43,912 nt of DNA. Origin: an uncultured archaeon. Its GTDB lineage: Archaea; Hadarchaeota; Hadarchaeia; Hadarchaeales; WYZ-LMO6. The notes beneath the pieces were generated by a model that did not search any database, was not told where the DNA came from, and saw only the letters and a list, made by a program, of their open reading frames with translations. Location of the stretch: assembly GCA_938074535.1 (NCBI GenBank), contig CALJER010000026.1, positions 1 to 43,912 on the forward strand. The letters are read 5' to 3'. Position numbers and translations under genes: made by a program. Shown in pieces: positions 26,992 through 35,347 of this stretch; position 1 is the first letter of the stretch; the number at the start of each line of letters is the position of its first letter.

Positions 26992-28278
26992 TCAGTACTC
27001 CCTGTGGATTTCCCTGACCAGGGGTTTGGCCAGGTGCCTCCTGCAGCGCGGGGGTACCTCAAAGGATCCCCTCTCCACTTTCCTCTCTACCGGGATGAGT
27101 TTCGGTTTGGCGCTGGGAAAGTGCAGACCGCATTTTTTGCAGGAGTATCCCTTTGACCTCCCCTCGGACTTCAGGCTCTTTCCGCACCTGGGGCAGCTCG
27201 GGTTTTTCTTCCTGAAGAGGGGGACCAGCTCCAGGATGGAGAGCTTCTCCAGGTTGATGGTGCGCGGGATTCCCGGTTCTTCCCTCACCCCCCCGCAGAC
27301 CCTCACCCGGTCGCCCTCCCTCAGACCCCTCACCACTTCCCTGAACCGGCGCGTGGGCTCGTAGGCTGCGCAGTCCACGGTTCCGGTTCCGTCGTCCAGG
27401 GTGAAGATCACGTGTCCCCCAGGTATGGTCCTGGGGTTGCTCGCCACCTTTCCCTCCAGGATCACGGAGGTGCAGGGACGTATTTCCGAGATCGTGCTTT
27501 TCTTCAGGTGTTCGTCGGTTCCCTGGTTGGTTCTGTAAACCATGACCAGTTCCACCGGTTCCATCGCCTTTACGAGTTCGTGGGCCCTCAGCACGGCCTC
27601 GGGACTTTCTCCCCGGATGCCGTAGAGCACGGGGCAGGGAGTATGTGGGGTGATCCTTATCTCCCCCGTGCCGTGGTCCAGATTGTCGAAGGTCCGCGGA
27701 TAGGTCAGGCGGTCCATTAGGAGAACGGAGGAGGGGTCTATTCTCCTCGGTTTGCCCCAGTACTCACGGCTGCGGTAGGCGATGAGCTCGTAGGTCCAGT
27801 CCTTTTCCAGGGGATGTCCGACGGCGGCCAGGGCCCCTATGAGCCCCCTGCCCATCTTGAACTTGTGCACCTCTGCCCCCACCTCCCTGGCCAGGGCCTC
27901 CGCCTCCTCCAGCTCCACCACCTCCTGCACCGTCTTCTTGGCGTAGGATTTCAGCTCCTCCGGGATTTTTTCGGAGGCGTAGAAGACCACCCCGGGATTG
28001 GTGGTTTCCACTTCCATTTCCGCCAGCGAGCGCACGGTTTCAAGCACCCTCTCTTTCACGAGGGGCACCTGAGAGGGTGAGACCTCCACGGTGAAGGAAA
28101 TGGCGCAGTTGCCCCTGGTCTTGTGCGGCCACATGGGGTTCAGCCTTATGAGCTTGGGGTAGCCCTTCACCTCCACCCCCTCCTCCTGCAGGGAGCGGAT
28201 GGCCACGGCTCCCACGTAGGTGGTGCACATGCCGCGCTTGGAATCCGTGTCGTCCACTCCTACGTGGAGCTCCATCAT
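26992..28278 (-). CDS. tiaS: tRNA(Ile2) agmatinylcytidine synthase
   Basis: GVDDTDS..GMCTTY, LIRLNP..P.KTRGN, PHTPCPVLYGIRG, TNQGTDEH, OB fold (AAYEPT), C-terminal Zn ribbon and RRHLAKP. Confidence 0.94.
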   Translation of the reverse strand: MMELHVGVDDTDSKRGMCTTYVGAVAIRSLQEEGVEVKGYPKLIRLNPMWPHKTRGNCAISFTVEVSPSQVPLVKERVLETVRSLAEMEVETTNPGVVFYASEKIPEELKSYAKKTVQEVVELEEAEALAREVGAEVHKFKMGRGLIGALAAVGHPLEKDWTYELIAYRSREYWGKPRRIDPSSVLLMDRLTYPRTFDNLDHGTGEIRITPHTPCPVLYGIRGESPEAVLRAHELVKAMEPVELVMVYRTNQGTDEHLKKSTISEIRPCTSVILEGKVASNPRTIPGGHVIFTLDDGTGTVDCAAYEPTRRFREVVRGLREGDRVRVCGGVREEPGIPRTINLEKLSILELVPLFRKKNPSCPRCGKSLKSEGRSKGYSCKKCGLHFPSAKPKLIPVERKVERGSFEVPPRCRRHLAKPLVREIHREY

Positions 28279-28350
28279 CCTTCTAGGGAGCTTGAAATAC
28301 TTTGGGATTACGAGGGGCCAATCCTTAATGGGAGGGGAGGGTCTAGAGGG

Positions 28351-30186
28351 ATGAGGGCTATGGAACCTTGGGGTAGGCTCAAGGAGGAGGTGGTGAGGAC
28401 CATAGAGGCAGCGCTCCGCTCGGCGGGCTGGGAGCCTCCCCGCAGGGTGGAGGAGACCCTCTCCCAGCCCCCGGATCCCGAGCTGGGGGATTTGAGCTCC
28501 ACTCTCTGTCTGGAGCTTTCCAAAAAGCTGGGGAAGCCCCCGCAGGAAGTGGCCCGGGAGATGGTGGGGAGGATGGAGTGCAGAGGGCTGCTGGAGAGGG
28601 TGGAGGAAGTGAGAGGATATCTGAACTTCTTCATCAACCTGCCTTCCTTTGCCAGCCTCACCCTGAAAGAGATAGAGGCGAAGGGCAGGGATTATGGGAA
28701 GGGGAGTGAAGGAAAGGGAAAGAAGGTGGTGATAGAGCACACGAGCGTGAATCCCACCAAGCCCCTCCACATCGGACACGGCAGGAACGCGGTTCTGGGG
28801 GACACCATGGCCAGGGTGCTCAGGGAGAGGGGGTACGAGGTGGAGGTGCACAACTACATCGACGACCTGGGGAGGCAGATGGCGGAAACCCTAGTTTCCC
28901 TGTCGGAGATAAAGGAGAGACCTAAGGGCAAGTTCGATCATGTTTTGGGCAGGCTCTACGCGGAGTTCCACCAACTGCTGGAGAGCCGCCCGGAGCTGGA
29001 GGAAAAAGTGGGAGAGGTGCTGCGGGAGCTGGAGAGGGGAGGGAAGATCTCGAAGAGGGCCAGGGAGATAGCGGAGAAGTGTGTGAAGGCCAACCTCCTC
29101 TCCACCGACAGGCTTGGAATAGGGTACGACCTGCTGGTCTGGGAAAGTGATCTGGTCAGGTCGAGCATCCTGCATGAAACGCTCGAGCGGCTGAAGAAAA
29201 CTCCCTACCTCGTGCAGGGCGAGGGGGAGAAAGCCGGCACCTGGATTCTGCGCCTCCCCGGGGAGGAAGAGAAAGTCCTGATCAGGTCGGATGGGACGGC
29301 GGTCTACACGGCTAGGGACATCTCTTACCAGCTGTGGAAGTTCGGGTGTACCGAGCGGACTTTGAAATTCAGGTTCCACTCCAGGAGGAGCGACGGGACC
29401 AGGACCTACACCACCTCTGGGAAAGGAAGGGTGGTGAGGCGTTTTGGGCATGCTGACGTGGTTATCAACGTGATCGGGGCGGAGCAGAAGTTTCCCCAGA
29501 AGGTGGTCTCCTCCGCCCTGAAAGCCCTGGGCCTTCAGAAGCAGTCAGAAAACTCCCATCATCTCTCCTACGAGCACGTGCGCCTCCCCCAGGAGAGGTT
29601 CTCGGGGAGGAAAGGCACCTGGATAGGGTTCACCGTCGATGAGGTGGTGGAGGAGGCCGTCTCCAGGGCCAGAGGACTGATGAAGGACCGCTCGATCAGG
29701 GGGAGTCTGCGGAAGGAGATCCCCGAGGGGGTGGGGGTGGGAGCCGTGAGGTTCTCACTCCTCGCCACCTCCCCGGATAAGGAGATAGTTTTCAAGTGGG
29801 AGGAGGCTCTCAACTTCGAAAGGAACAGCGGTCCCGCTGTTCAGTACTCCTACGCCAGAGCCTGCAGCATCCTTCGAAAGGCCAGGGGGCGCAGGATCAG
29901 GCCGGTCTCCTTCTTCGAGCTGAAGGAGGAAAAAGAACTCCTGAAACTCCTGGCTCAGTACCCCGAAGTGGTGCGCCTCGTGTGCGAAAGGAGGCAGCCC
30001 AGCCTCCTCGCCAGGTACGCGGCGGACCTCTCCATGAGCTTCAACAAGTTCTATGAGGTGGCCCCCGTCCTAGAGGCTGGAACGGAGGAGCTCAGGAGTT
30101 CACGCTTGAGGTTGGTGAGGGGTACCACGGTAGTCCTGGAGAACGCCATGCGTTTGCTCGGAATCCCCATCCTCCGGAGAATGTAG
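28351..30186 (+). CDS. argS: arginine-tRNA ligase
   Basis: EHTSVNPTKPLHIGHGRN (HIGH), RSDGTAVY, FSGRKG, QYSYARACSIL, C-terminal RM. Confidence 0.96.
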   Translation: MRAMEPWGRLKEEVVRTIEAALRSAGWEPPRRVEETLSQPPDPELGDLSSTLCLELSKKLGKPPQEVAREMVGRMECRGLLERVEEVRGYLNFFINLPSFASLTLKEIEAKGRDYGKGSEGKGKKVVIEHTSVNPTKPLHIGHGRNAVLGDTMARVLRERGYEVEVHNYIDDLGRQMAETLVSLSEIKERPKGKFDHVLGRLYAEFHQLLESRPELEEKVGEVLRELERGGKISKRAREIAEKCVKANLLSTDRLGIGYDLLVWESDLVRSSILHETLERLKKTPYLVQGEGEKAGTWILRLPGEEEKVLIRSDGTAVYTARDISYQLWKFGCTERTLKFRFHSRRSDGTRTYTTSGKGRVVRRFGHADVVINVIGAEQKFPQKVVSSALKALGLQKQSENSHHLSYEHVRLPQERFSGRKGTWIGFTVDEVVEEAVSRARGLMKDRSIRGSLRKEIPEGVGVGAVRFSLLATSPDKEIVFKWEEALNFERNSGPAVQYSYARACSILRKARGRRIRPVSFFELKEEKELLKLLAQYPEVVRLVCERRQPSLLARYAADLSMSFNKFYEVAPVLEAGTEELRSSRLRLVRGTTVVLENAMRLLGIPILRRM

Positions 30187-30245
30187 CGCGTAACTTCGTG
30201 CCATCTCTCTCAAAACTTAAGGGACGGGGTGTGAAAAGGGATTGG

Positions 30246-30479
30246 ATGAGGGGGATCAGGATTTTCAGAGGGAGGCTGGACGGGGAGGGAAGGCTTGTCC
30301 TCCCACGTGCCCTCCTGAAGCTTTTTCCCGGCGGGGTCAGGGTGCTGGGCTCCAATCCCATCACGGTGCTCTGTCCGGCGGATATGGACCTGGAGGAGGT
30401 GGAGAGGCACCTCTCCCACCTCCTGATAGAACTCAGGAGGAAACTCAGCGGAATGGAGTTCACCTACATCACCCACTAA
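30246..30479 (+). CDS. small hypothetical protein, AbrB/MraZ-like N-terminus
   Basis: GRLDGEGRLVLPRALL resembles the swapped-hairpin D..GR..LP motif. Confidence 0.45.
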   Translation: MRGIRIFRGRLDGEGRLVLPRALLKLFPGGVRVLGSNPITVLCPADMDLEEVERHLSHLLIELRRKLSGMEFTYITH

Positions 30480-30539
30480 CTTCCTTGTACTCCAATGCGG
30501 TCTGGAAAATTTTTTATACCTTGATTTAAGAGAAAAAGG

Positions 30540-32156
30540 ATGCCGGAGGATTTCCTGATAGTGAAAGATCTCACCAAGGAGTTCACTCCCGGTCTTCCTG
30601 TGGTTAGAAATATTTCCCTGACCCTCAAGGAGGCCAAGACTTTCGGGCTATTGGGCAAAAGCGGGCAGGGGAAGTCTGTGATCATGCAGTCCATTCGCGG
30701 GATTCCCGAATACGAGCCCACCAGCGGAGAGGTGATCTTCAGGGTGGCCTACTGCCCCAGCTGCCACTGGGTGGAATATCCCTCCAAGGCGGGGGAGGCC
30801 TGCCCCAAGTGCTCCACCAGGATGGAGTTCAGAGAGGTGAATTACTGGGAGGAGCTGAACAGGCAGAGCAGGATCGGGAAGTCTCTGCACGACAGGATAG
30901 CCATCATGCCCCAGAGGGGTTTCTCCCTCTACAGTGAGTTCCCTGCCGTGGAGAACATCAGGAGGATCCTTCTGAGCATAGGCTACCCGGAGGGGGAGGT
31001 GGATCTGAGGGCGGTTGAGCTCCTTTCGGGCGTGAGGCTCCAGCACAGACTCCTTCACCTTGGAAGGGACCTTTCGGGGGGCGAGAAGCAGAGGGTCATC
31101 TTTGCCATGTGCCTAGCCAGGAACCCCCTGCTCTTCCTGGCGGACGAGCCCACCGGGACCCTTGACCCCATCACCAGCGTGGTGGTCTCCGACGTGATAA
31201 AAGAGGCCGTGGAGAAGGACAAAATCTCCCTTCTGCTTACCTCCCACTGGCCCGAGGCCATAAAGATGCTCACCGAGGAGGCCATCCTCCTTGAGAACGG
31301 TGAGGCCGTTATGAGGGGAAAGTCAGAGGACGTGTATAGAGCCTTCATGGAGAAGGTGGAGAAGCTGGAGGTGCAGAGGTTCAAGGGAACAAACCCCGTG
31401 GTGAAGTGCGAGGGCGTGAGGAAATGGTACTACACCTTTGATAGGGGTTTGGTAAAGGCAGTGGATGGGGTTGACCTGGAGATCTATGAGGGGGAGGTCT
31501 TCGGGATAGTGGGGCTCAGCGGTAGCGGTAAGACCACGCTGGCTCACATGATAATAGGTCTCAAACCCGTTACGCAGGGGAAGATCTCCGTCCGGATAGG
31601 GGATGAGTGGATAGACATGGGCATCCCTGGTCCTGACGAGAGAGGCAGGGCCACCGTCTACATGGATATCCTGCATCAGGAGTATACCCTCCACGCCGGG
31701 AGGATCATTTTGGAGAACCTCACAGGGGTGGTGACGGAGCCCCTTCCGGAGGAGGTGAAGACCCAGAGGGCCTACGAGGTCCTGAGGGCGGTCAATTTCA
31801 CCGACCCCGAAATAGACTACCTCCTCTACAAGCTTCCCGACCAGTTGAGCGAGGGTGAGAGGCACAGGGTGTGCATAGCTAGGTCCCTCATGAAGAAGCC
31901 CAAGCTCGTTCTGCTGGATGAGCCCACGGGGACGGCCGATCCCATTACCAGGGTGGAGATAGCCAAGAGCATAAGGAGCGCTAGGGACGCCCTCGGTCAA
32001 ACCTATCTGATCATAAGCCACGACATAGACTTTATGAAGCTGGCCTGCGACAGGGCGGTGTACATGAGGCACGGGAAGATACAGGCGATGGGAGATCCCG
32101 ACGAGATGATCGATCTGATGGTCAAGACAGAGAGGGCGGCCATGGAGAGTGGTTGA
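30540..32156 (+). CDS. atwA: methyl/alkyl-coenzyme M reductase system component A2 (AtwA)
   Basis: Two ABC domains without TM segments (GKSGQGKS, GLSGSGKT); CPSC...CPKC insert in domain 1; HLGRDLSGGEKQRV, LADEPTGTLDP, TSHWPE, RIGDEWIDM..PGP.ERGRAT, LSEGERHRV are characteristic of component A2. Confidence 0.88.
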   Translation: MPEDFLIVKDLTKEFTPGLPVVRNISLTLKEAKTFGLLGKSGQGKSVIMQSIRGIPEYEPTSGEVIFRVAYCPSCHWVEYPSKAGEACPKCSTRMEFREVNYWEELNRQSRIGKSLHDRIAIMPQRGFSLYSEFPAVENIRRILLSIGYPEGEVDLRAVELLSGVRLQHRLLHLGRDLSGGEKQRVIFAMCLARNPLLFLADEPTGTLDPITSVVVSDVIKEAVEKDKISLLLTSHWPEAIKMLTEEAILLENGEAVMRGKSEDVYRAFMEKVEKLEVQRFKGTNPVVKCEGVRKWYYTFDRGLVKAVDGVDLEIYEGEVFGIVGLSGSGKTTLAHMIIGLKPVTQGKISVRIGDEWIDMGIPGPDERGRATVYMDILHQEYTLHAGRIILENLTGVVTEPLPEEVKTQRAYEVLRAVNFTDPEIDYLLYKLPDQLSEGERHRVCIARSLMKKPKLVLLDEPTGTADPITRVEIAKSIRSARDALGQTYLIISHDIDFMKLACDRAVYMRHGKIQAMGDPDEMIDLMVKTERAAMESG

Positions 32157-32157
32157 G

Positions 32158-33000
32158 ATGGCGTACGATGAAGCCCTTACGGAAGAGATAAAGCGCCTGG
32201 CGCTCAGCCTGGGGGCGGACAAGGTGGGGGTGGGGGAAGCAGAGAGGGCGGACAAGACCCCCATGTTTTTCGCGTCTCCCTTCTCCTTCATGAAGGATGC
32301 CAAGGCGGTGGTTTCCCTCTGCATGAGATACCCCGAGGGAGCGCTTGCCTTCTCCAAGGAAGACTTCTTCGTCATTCTCTCCTCCTACGCCTCCGTGAGG
32401 GAGGCCATGCTGAAGAGGCTCAACGAGATAGCCCTGGCCGTCTCCAGGGAGCTCGAGAAGAGAGGATACGGGGCCACCCCGCTGGAGGCCAACCTGCCCG
32501 TGGATGAGAGGCGCTGGGTGAGCTGCCTGCTCTCGCACAGGTACCTTGCCCAGATTTCCGGCCTGGGGGATATAGGCGCCAACAACATGCTCATCACCCC
32601 GGAGTGGGGGCCCAGGGTGGAGCTAGCGAGCGTTATCACCAACGCTCCTCTAAAGCCAGACGGTCCGAAACTGGCGGGCAGGATCTACGAGGAAACCTGC
32701 AAAAACTGCTTCAAATGTGTGGAGGCTTGCCCCACCCAGGCCCTCACCAGGGAAAAGACGCCTCCCTACAACTTCGAGCTGAACAGGTGTCTGTGGGCCA
32801 CCCAGGGCTGGATGATGCTCTCCAAGATTGAGATCCCGCCGGAGGAGTGGATAAGCGCCAGGCCCACCTCGATGGTGATGGTCCCCAAGTACACTGCCAA
32901 GTATCCCTTCATCAAGGTCTACCAGGAGTGGCAGAAGAGGAAAATGGACTTTCCGTGCTGCATCGAGTGCACACTGGCCTGCCCGGTGGGGAAGAGGTAA
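32158..33000 (+). CDS. QueG/reductive-dehalogenase-like Fe-S (probably cobalamin) protein
   Basis: LGADKVG, SHRYLAQISGLG.IG.NNMLITPEWGPRV.LASVITNA, CKNCFKCVEACP...RC...CIECTLACP. Confidence 0.8.
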   Translation: MAYDEALTEEIKRLALSLGADKVGVGEAERADKTPMFFASPFSFMKDAKAVVSLCMRYPEGALAFSKEDFFVILSSYASVREAMLKRLNEIALAVSRELEKRGYGATPLEANLPVDERRWVSCLLSHRYLAQISGLGDIGANNMLITPEWGPRVELASVITNAPLKPDGPKLAGRIYEETCKNCFKCVEACPTQALTREKTPPYNFELNRCLWATQGWMMLSKIEIPPEEWISARPTSMVMVPKYTAKYPFIKVYQEWQKRKMDFPCCIECTLACPVGKR

Positions 33001-33009
33001 GGTGAGAGC

Positions 33010-33246
33010 TTGCTGGAGTGTACCTCTTGCGGCTGGAAGGGCCGGGAGGAAGAGACGGCCAAGGTTTACGTATGTCCGGATTGCGGCACGGGGCATCTGA
33101 AGCTCTTTCGTCTTCTCAAGAGAAGGGATGGGAGGTTGCAGTGCCCCAAGTGCACCTGGATAGGGTTGCCTGAAGAGGCACTAAAGGAACCGGAGTGCCC
33201 CAAGTGCGGCAACCCCTATCTGAAGGAGGTCACTGCTACCGTCTGA
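33010..33246 (+). CDS. small duplicated zinc-ribbon protein (4 x CxxC)
   Basis: Internal repeat C..C.W.G..EE....CP.CG...LK occurs twice; TTG start after GGTGA. Confidence 0.7.
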   Translation: MLECTSCGWKGREEETAKVYVCPDCGTGHLKLFRLLKRRDGRLQCPKCTWIGLPEEALKEPECPKCGNPYLKEVTATV

Positions 33247-33292
33247 GGACCGGGCGGGCGGAGCTGCGCCATCCATGTCTCAGCGGGAGCCC

Positions 33293-34579
33293 TCACATCG
33301 CGTTTGCCACGAGCTCCGTAAGATCGTATACCCGCAGGGGCAGCTTGGAGGCCTCCACCGCATCGCTCAGGTTTCTCCTGCAGAAGGGGCAGGTGGAGAC
33401 GATGGCCTGGGCCCCTGTCTCCTGGGCTTCCCTGAGTCTTTCCGTCGCGGTCCAGATGGCCCAGTCGGGGTAGGCTGACTTGGCCCCGCCGCCAGCGCCG
33501 CAGCACCACGAAAGCTCCCGGTTGCGGGGCATTTCGGTGAGCTTCACGCCGGGGAGGGCTTTCAGGACGTTCCTGGGGGGCTCAAAGACCTTCTCTTTCT
33601 CCAGCTCGGGGAGGTAAATCGAGACGTGCCTGCCGGAGTGGCAGGGATCGTGGTAGGTCACGTGGAGGTTCAGGGGTTTGGAGAAGCTGAGCTTTCCTTC
33701 TCGCAGGAGGGAATCCAGGAGGTCGGAAGTGGTCAGGATTTCAAAATCGGGTTTTATTCCGAAGAGCTTGGGATAGTCCAGCTTGAGGGTCTTGTAGCAC
33801 CCCGCGCAGGAGGTGATGACCCTCTTTGCACCGGCATCCTTTATGACCTCCACGTTGTGCTTTGCCACTTCCTCCGCCAGCTTCCTCTGCCCGGTGCGGA
33901 GCAGGGGAGAACCGCAGCACCACTCATCCTCTCCCAGCAGACCGAAGTCTATCCCCAGCTTCCTGAAAATTTGCACGGTGGATTGGGCAATCATCTGCTG
34001 GCGGTAGGAGGCGGTGCACCCCACGAAGTAAATGGTCTCAGCCCTCCTCGGATATTTGCTTCCGTTGGCCCAGGCAGCCCGGTTCTGGGCGGGTTCGTAG
34101 TAGGGATTGTGGTTGTTCTTTATGCTCTCTCCGTACTTGGCCTGCACGGGCATGGGTCCCCACCCTATCTCCACCAGGTAGGTGCGGAGATCCTCCATGA
34201 TCTGCACGGTGTCCTCGGCCTTGTATCCCAGCCCGGAGTGGTCTTTGCAGTTCACCGAGCAGGAGCCGCAGAGCGTGCACCCATAGACGACGTTGAGCAG
34301 CCCGTCGGTGGGTCTGGTGATGATGTCCTCGTTGAGCCCCCTCACCAGCTCCATCTTTCCGTAGGAGTAGAAGGCCTCGTGTCCGAAGTAGGTGCCGCTG
34401 GGGCAGTTGTCCATCACCCTACCGAGCTTGTGGTAGTCGCCCACGCTGCAGGCTCTGCAGTGGGCGCAGAGGTAACTTAGCTTATGCCACTTCTTTATCG
34501 TTTCAGTTTTAGGAGGCACAAGAATATGGTGCTTGTGTTCTTTATAAGTATTTCGCTTTATGTGTTTTAGAACATGCAC
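33293..34579 (-). CDS. HdrD/GlcF-like Fe-S oxidoreductase with two CCG domains
   Basis: CAHCRAC...CP, CTLCGSCSVNC, YFVGC, EWCCGSP, TSCAGC, TYHDPCH, SWCCGAGGG, STCPFC. Confidence 0.88.
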   Translation of the reverse strand: MHVLKHIKRNTYKEHKHHILVPPKTETIKKWHKLSYLCAHCRACSVGDYHKLGRVMDNCPSGTYFGHEAFYSYGKMELVRGLNEDIITRPTDGLLNVVYGCTLCGSCSVNCKDHSGLGYKAEDTVQIMEDLRTYLVEIGWGPMPVQAKYGESIKNNHNPYYEPAQNRAAWANGSKYPRRAETIYFVGCTASYRQQMIAQSTVQIFRKLGIDFGLLGEDEWCCGSPLLRTGQRKLAEEVAKHNVEVIKDAGAKRVITSCAGCYKTLKLDYPKLFGIKPDFEILTTSDLLDSLLREGKLSFSKPLNLHVTYHDPCHSGRHVSIYLPELEKEKVFEPPRNVLKALPGVKLTEMPRNRELSWCCGAGGGAKSAYPDWAIWTATERLREAQETGAQAIVSTCPFCRRNLSDAVEASKLPLRVYDLTELVANAM

Positions 34580-34631
34580 AAAGAGGAAGAAAAAGACCTT
34601 TTTTGAGGACGAGAAGGAAGAACATCCGATA

Positions 34632-34641
34632 AATTTATAAA
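34632..34641 (+). promoter_or_regulatory. TATA box of the operon starting at 34663 (divergent from the HdrD-like gene)
   Basis: AATTTATAAA about 25 nt upstream of ATG 34663 in an AT-rich intergenic region. Confidence 0.55.
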
Positions 34642-34662
34642 CGTCCGTGGTAAAAAGAGAGT

Positions 34663-35346
34663 ATGCCTTCGGAGCAGGAGCTGCTTCAGGAAATAGAGCG
34701 CAGAGCCATAGACAACAAGGAAAACGCCCTTCAAGTTCGTGCCGGGAAACTTTCCGGCGACACCGTCATTTACATCGCCTTCTCCCCCTATCTCCCCTGC
34801 CTCATAAGAACGGGTGCCGCGGAGGCCAGGAGCCTTTTCGGGATGAAGGCGGAGATGGCTTGCCACGTGCTGAACGAGGCCAACGAGATCATCTTCTCCT
34901 ACCTGATAAGGTTCGATGAAGGGTACGTCACCGATTACCAGAGATTGGATCTCAACCTCACCCACCCCACCACCGGTACCCCTCTGCGCGATGCCATCAA
35001 GGGGAGGAGCGTTTACTGGAAGAACCCCACTGGGCCGGCCTTTGCGGGAGAAATAGTGGATTCCGTCAGGAAGGACAAAAGTTATAAGCTGTTCACCGGA
35101 GTAGGCTACCTGAAGGACTTCGAGGAGGGCATGGCCATACCGGATGAAAACCTGGAGGCGAAGTGCGCCCTGAACTACGATCTCCTGGAAATAAGGAAGA
35201 GGGCGGCCATCTACCCCATGCCCGCCACCATGAGGGGTTTCTTGCTGATGGGAAGAGCGGACTTTACCGATTGGCTGAGGGAGATCCTGGGAGGGGAGGA
35301 CCTCCTCCCGCTTATTCACACGGTGAGGGAGAGGCTGAGGAGATAG
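34663..35346 (+). CDS. hypothetical protein, possibly SCP2/sterol-carrier-like lipid-binding fold
   Basis: Host-like codon usage and first gene of an operon; C-terminus AKCALNYDLL.....IYPMPATMRGFLLMG resembles the SCP2 pattern. Confidence 0.55.
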   Translation: MPSEQELLQEIERRAIDNKENALQVRAGKLSGDTVIYIAFSPYLPCLIRTGAAEARSLFGMKAEMACHVLNEANEIIFSYLIRFDEGYVTDYQRLDLNLTHPTTGTPLRDAIKGRSVYWKNPTGPAFAGEIVDSVRKDKSYKLFTGVGYLKDFEEGMAIPDENLEAKCALNYDLLEIRKRAAIYPMPATMRGFLLMGRADFTDWLREILGGEDLLPLIHTVRERLRR

Positions 35347-35347
35347 T

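Noticed and set aside
26992-28851. Long N-terminal extensions of tiaS and argS (also CoA-transferase B from 37540, aor from 41133, NUDIX from 16529)
   Set aside because: The extensions overlap neighbouring genes; family homology begins at the downstream starts used in the feature list
30540-32156. ABC transporter ATP-binding subunit (also 41196-42935)
   Set aside because: No permease or binding-protein genes are adjacent, and the motifs match soluble component A2
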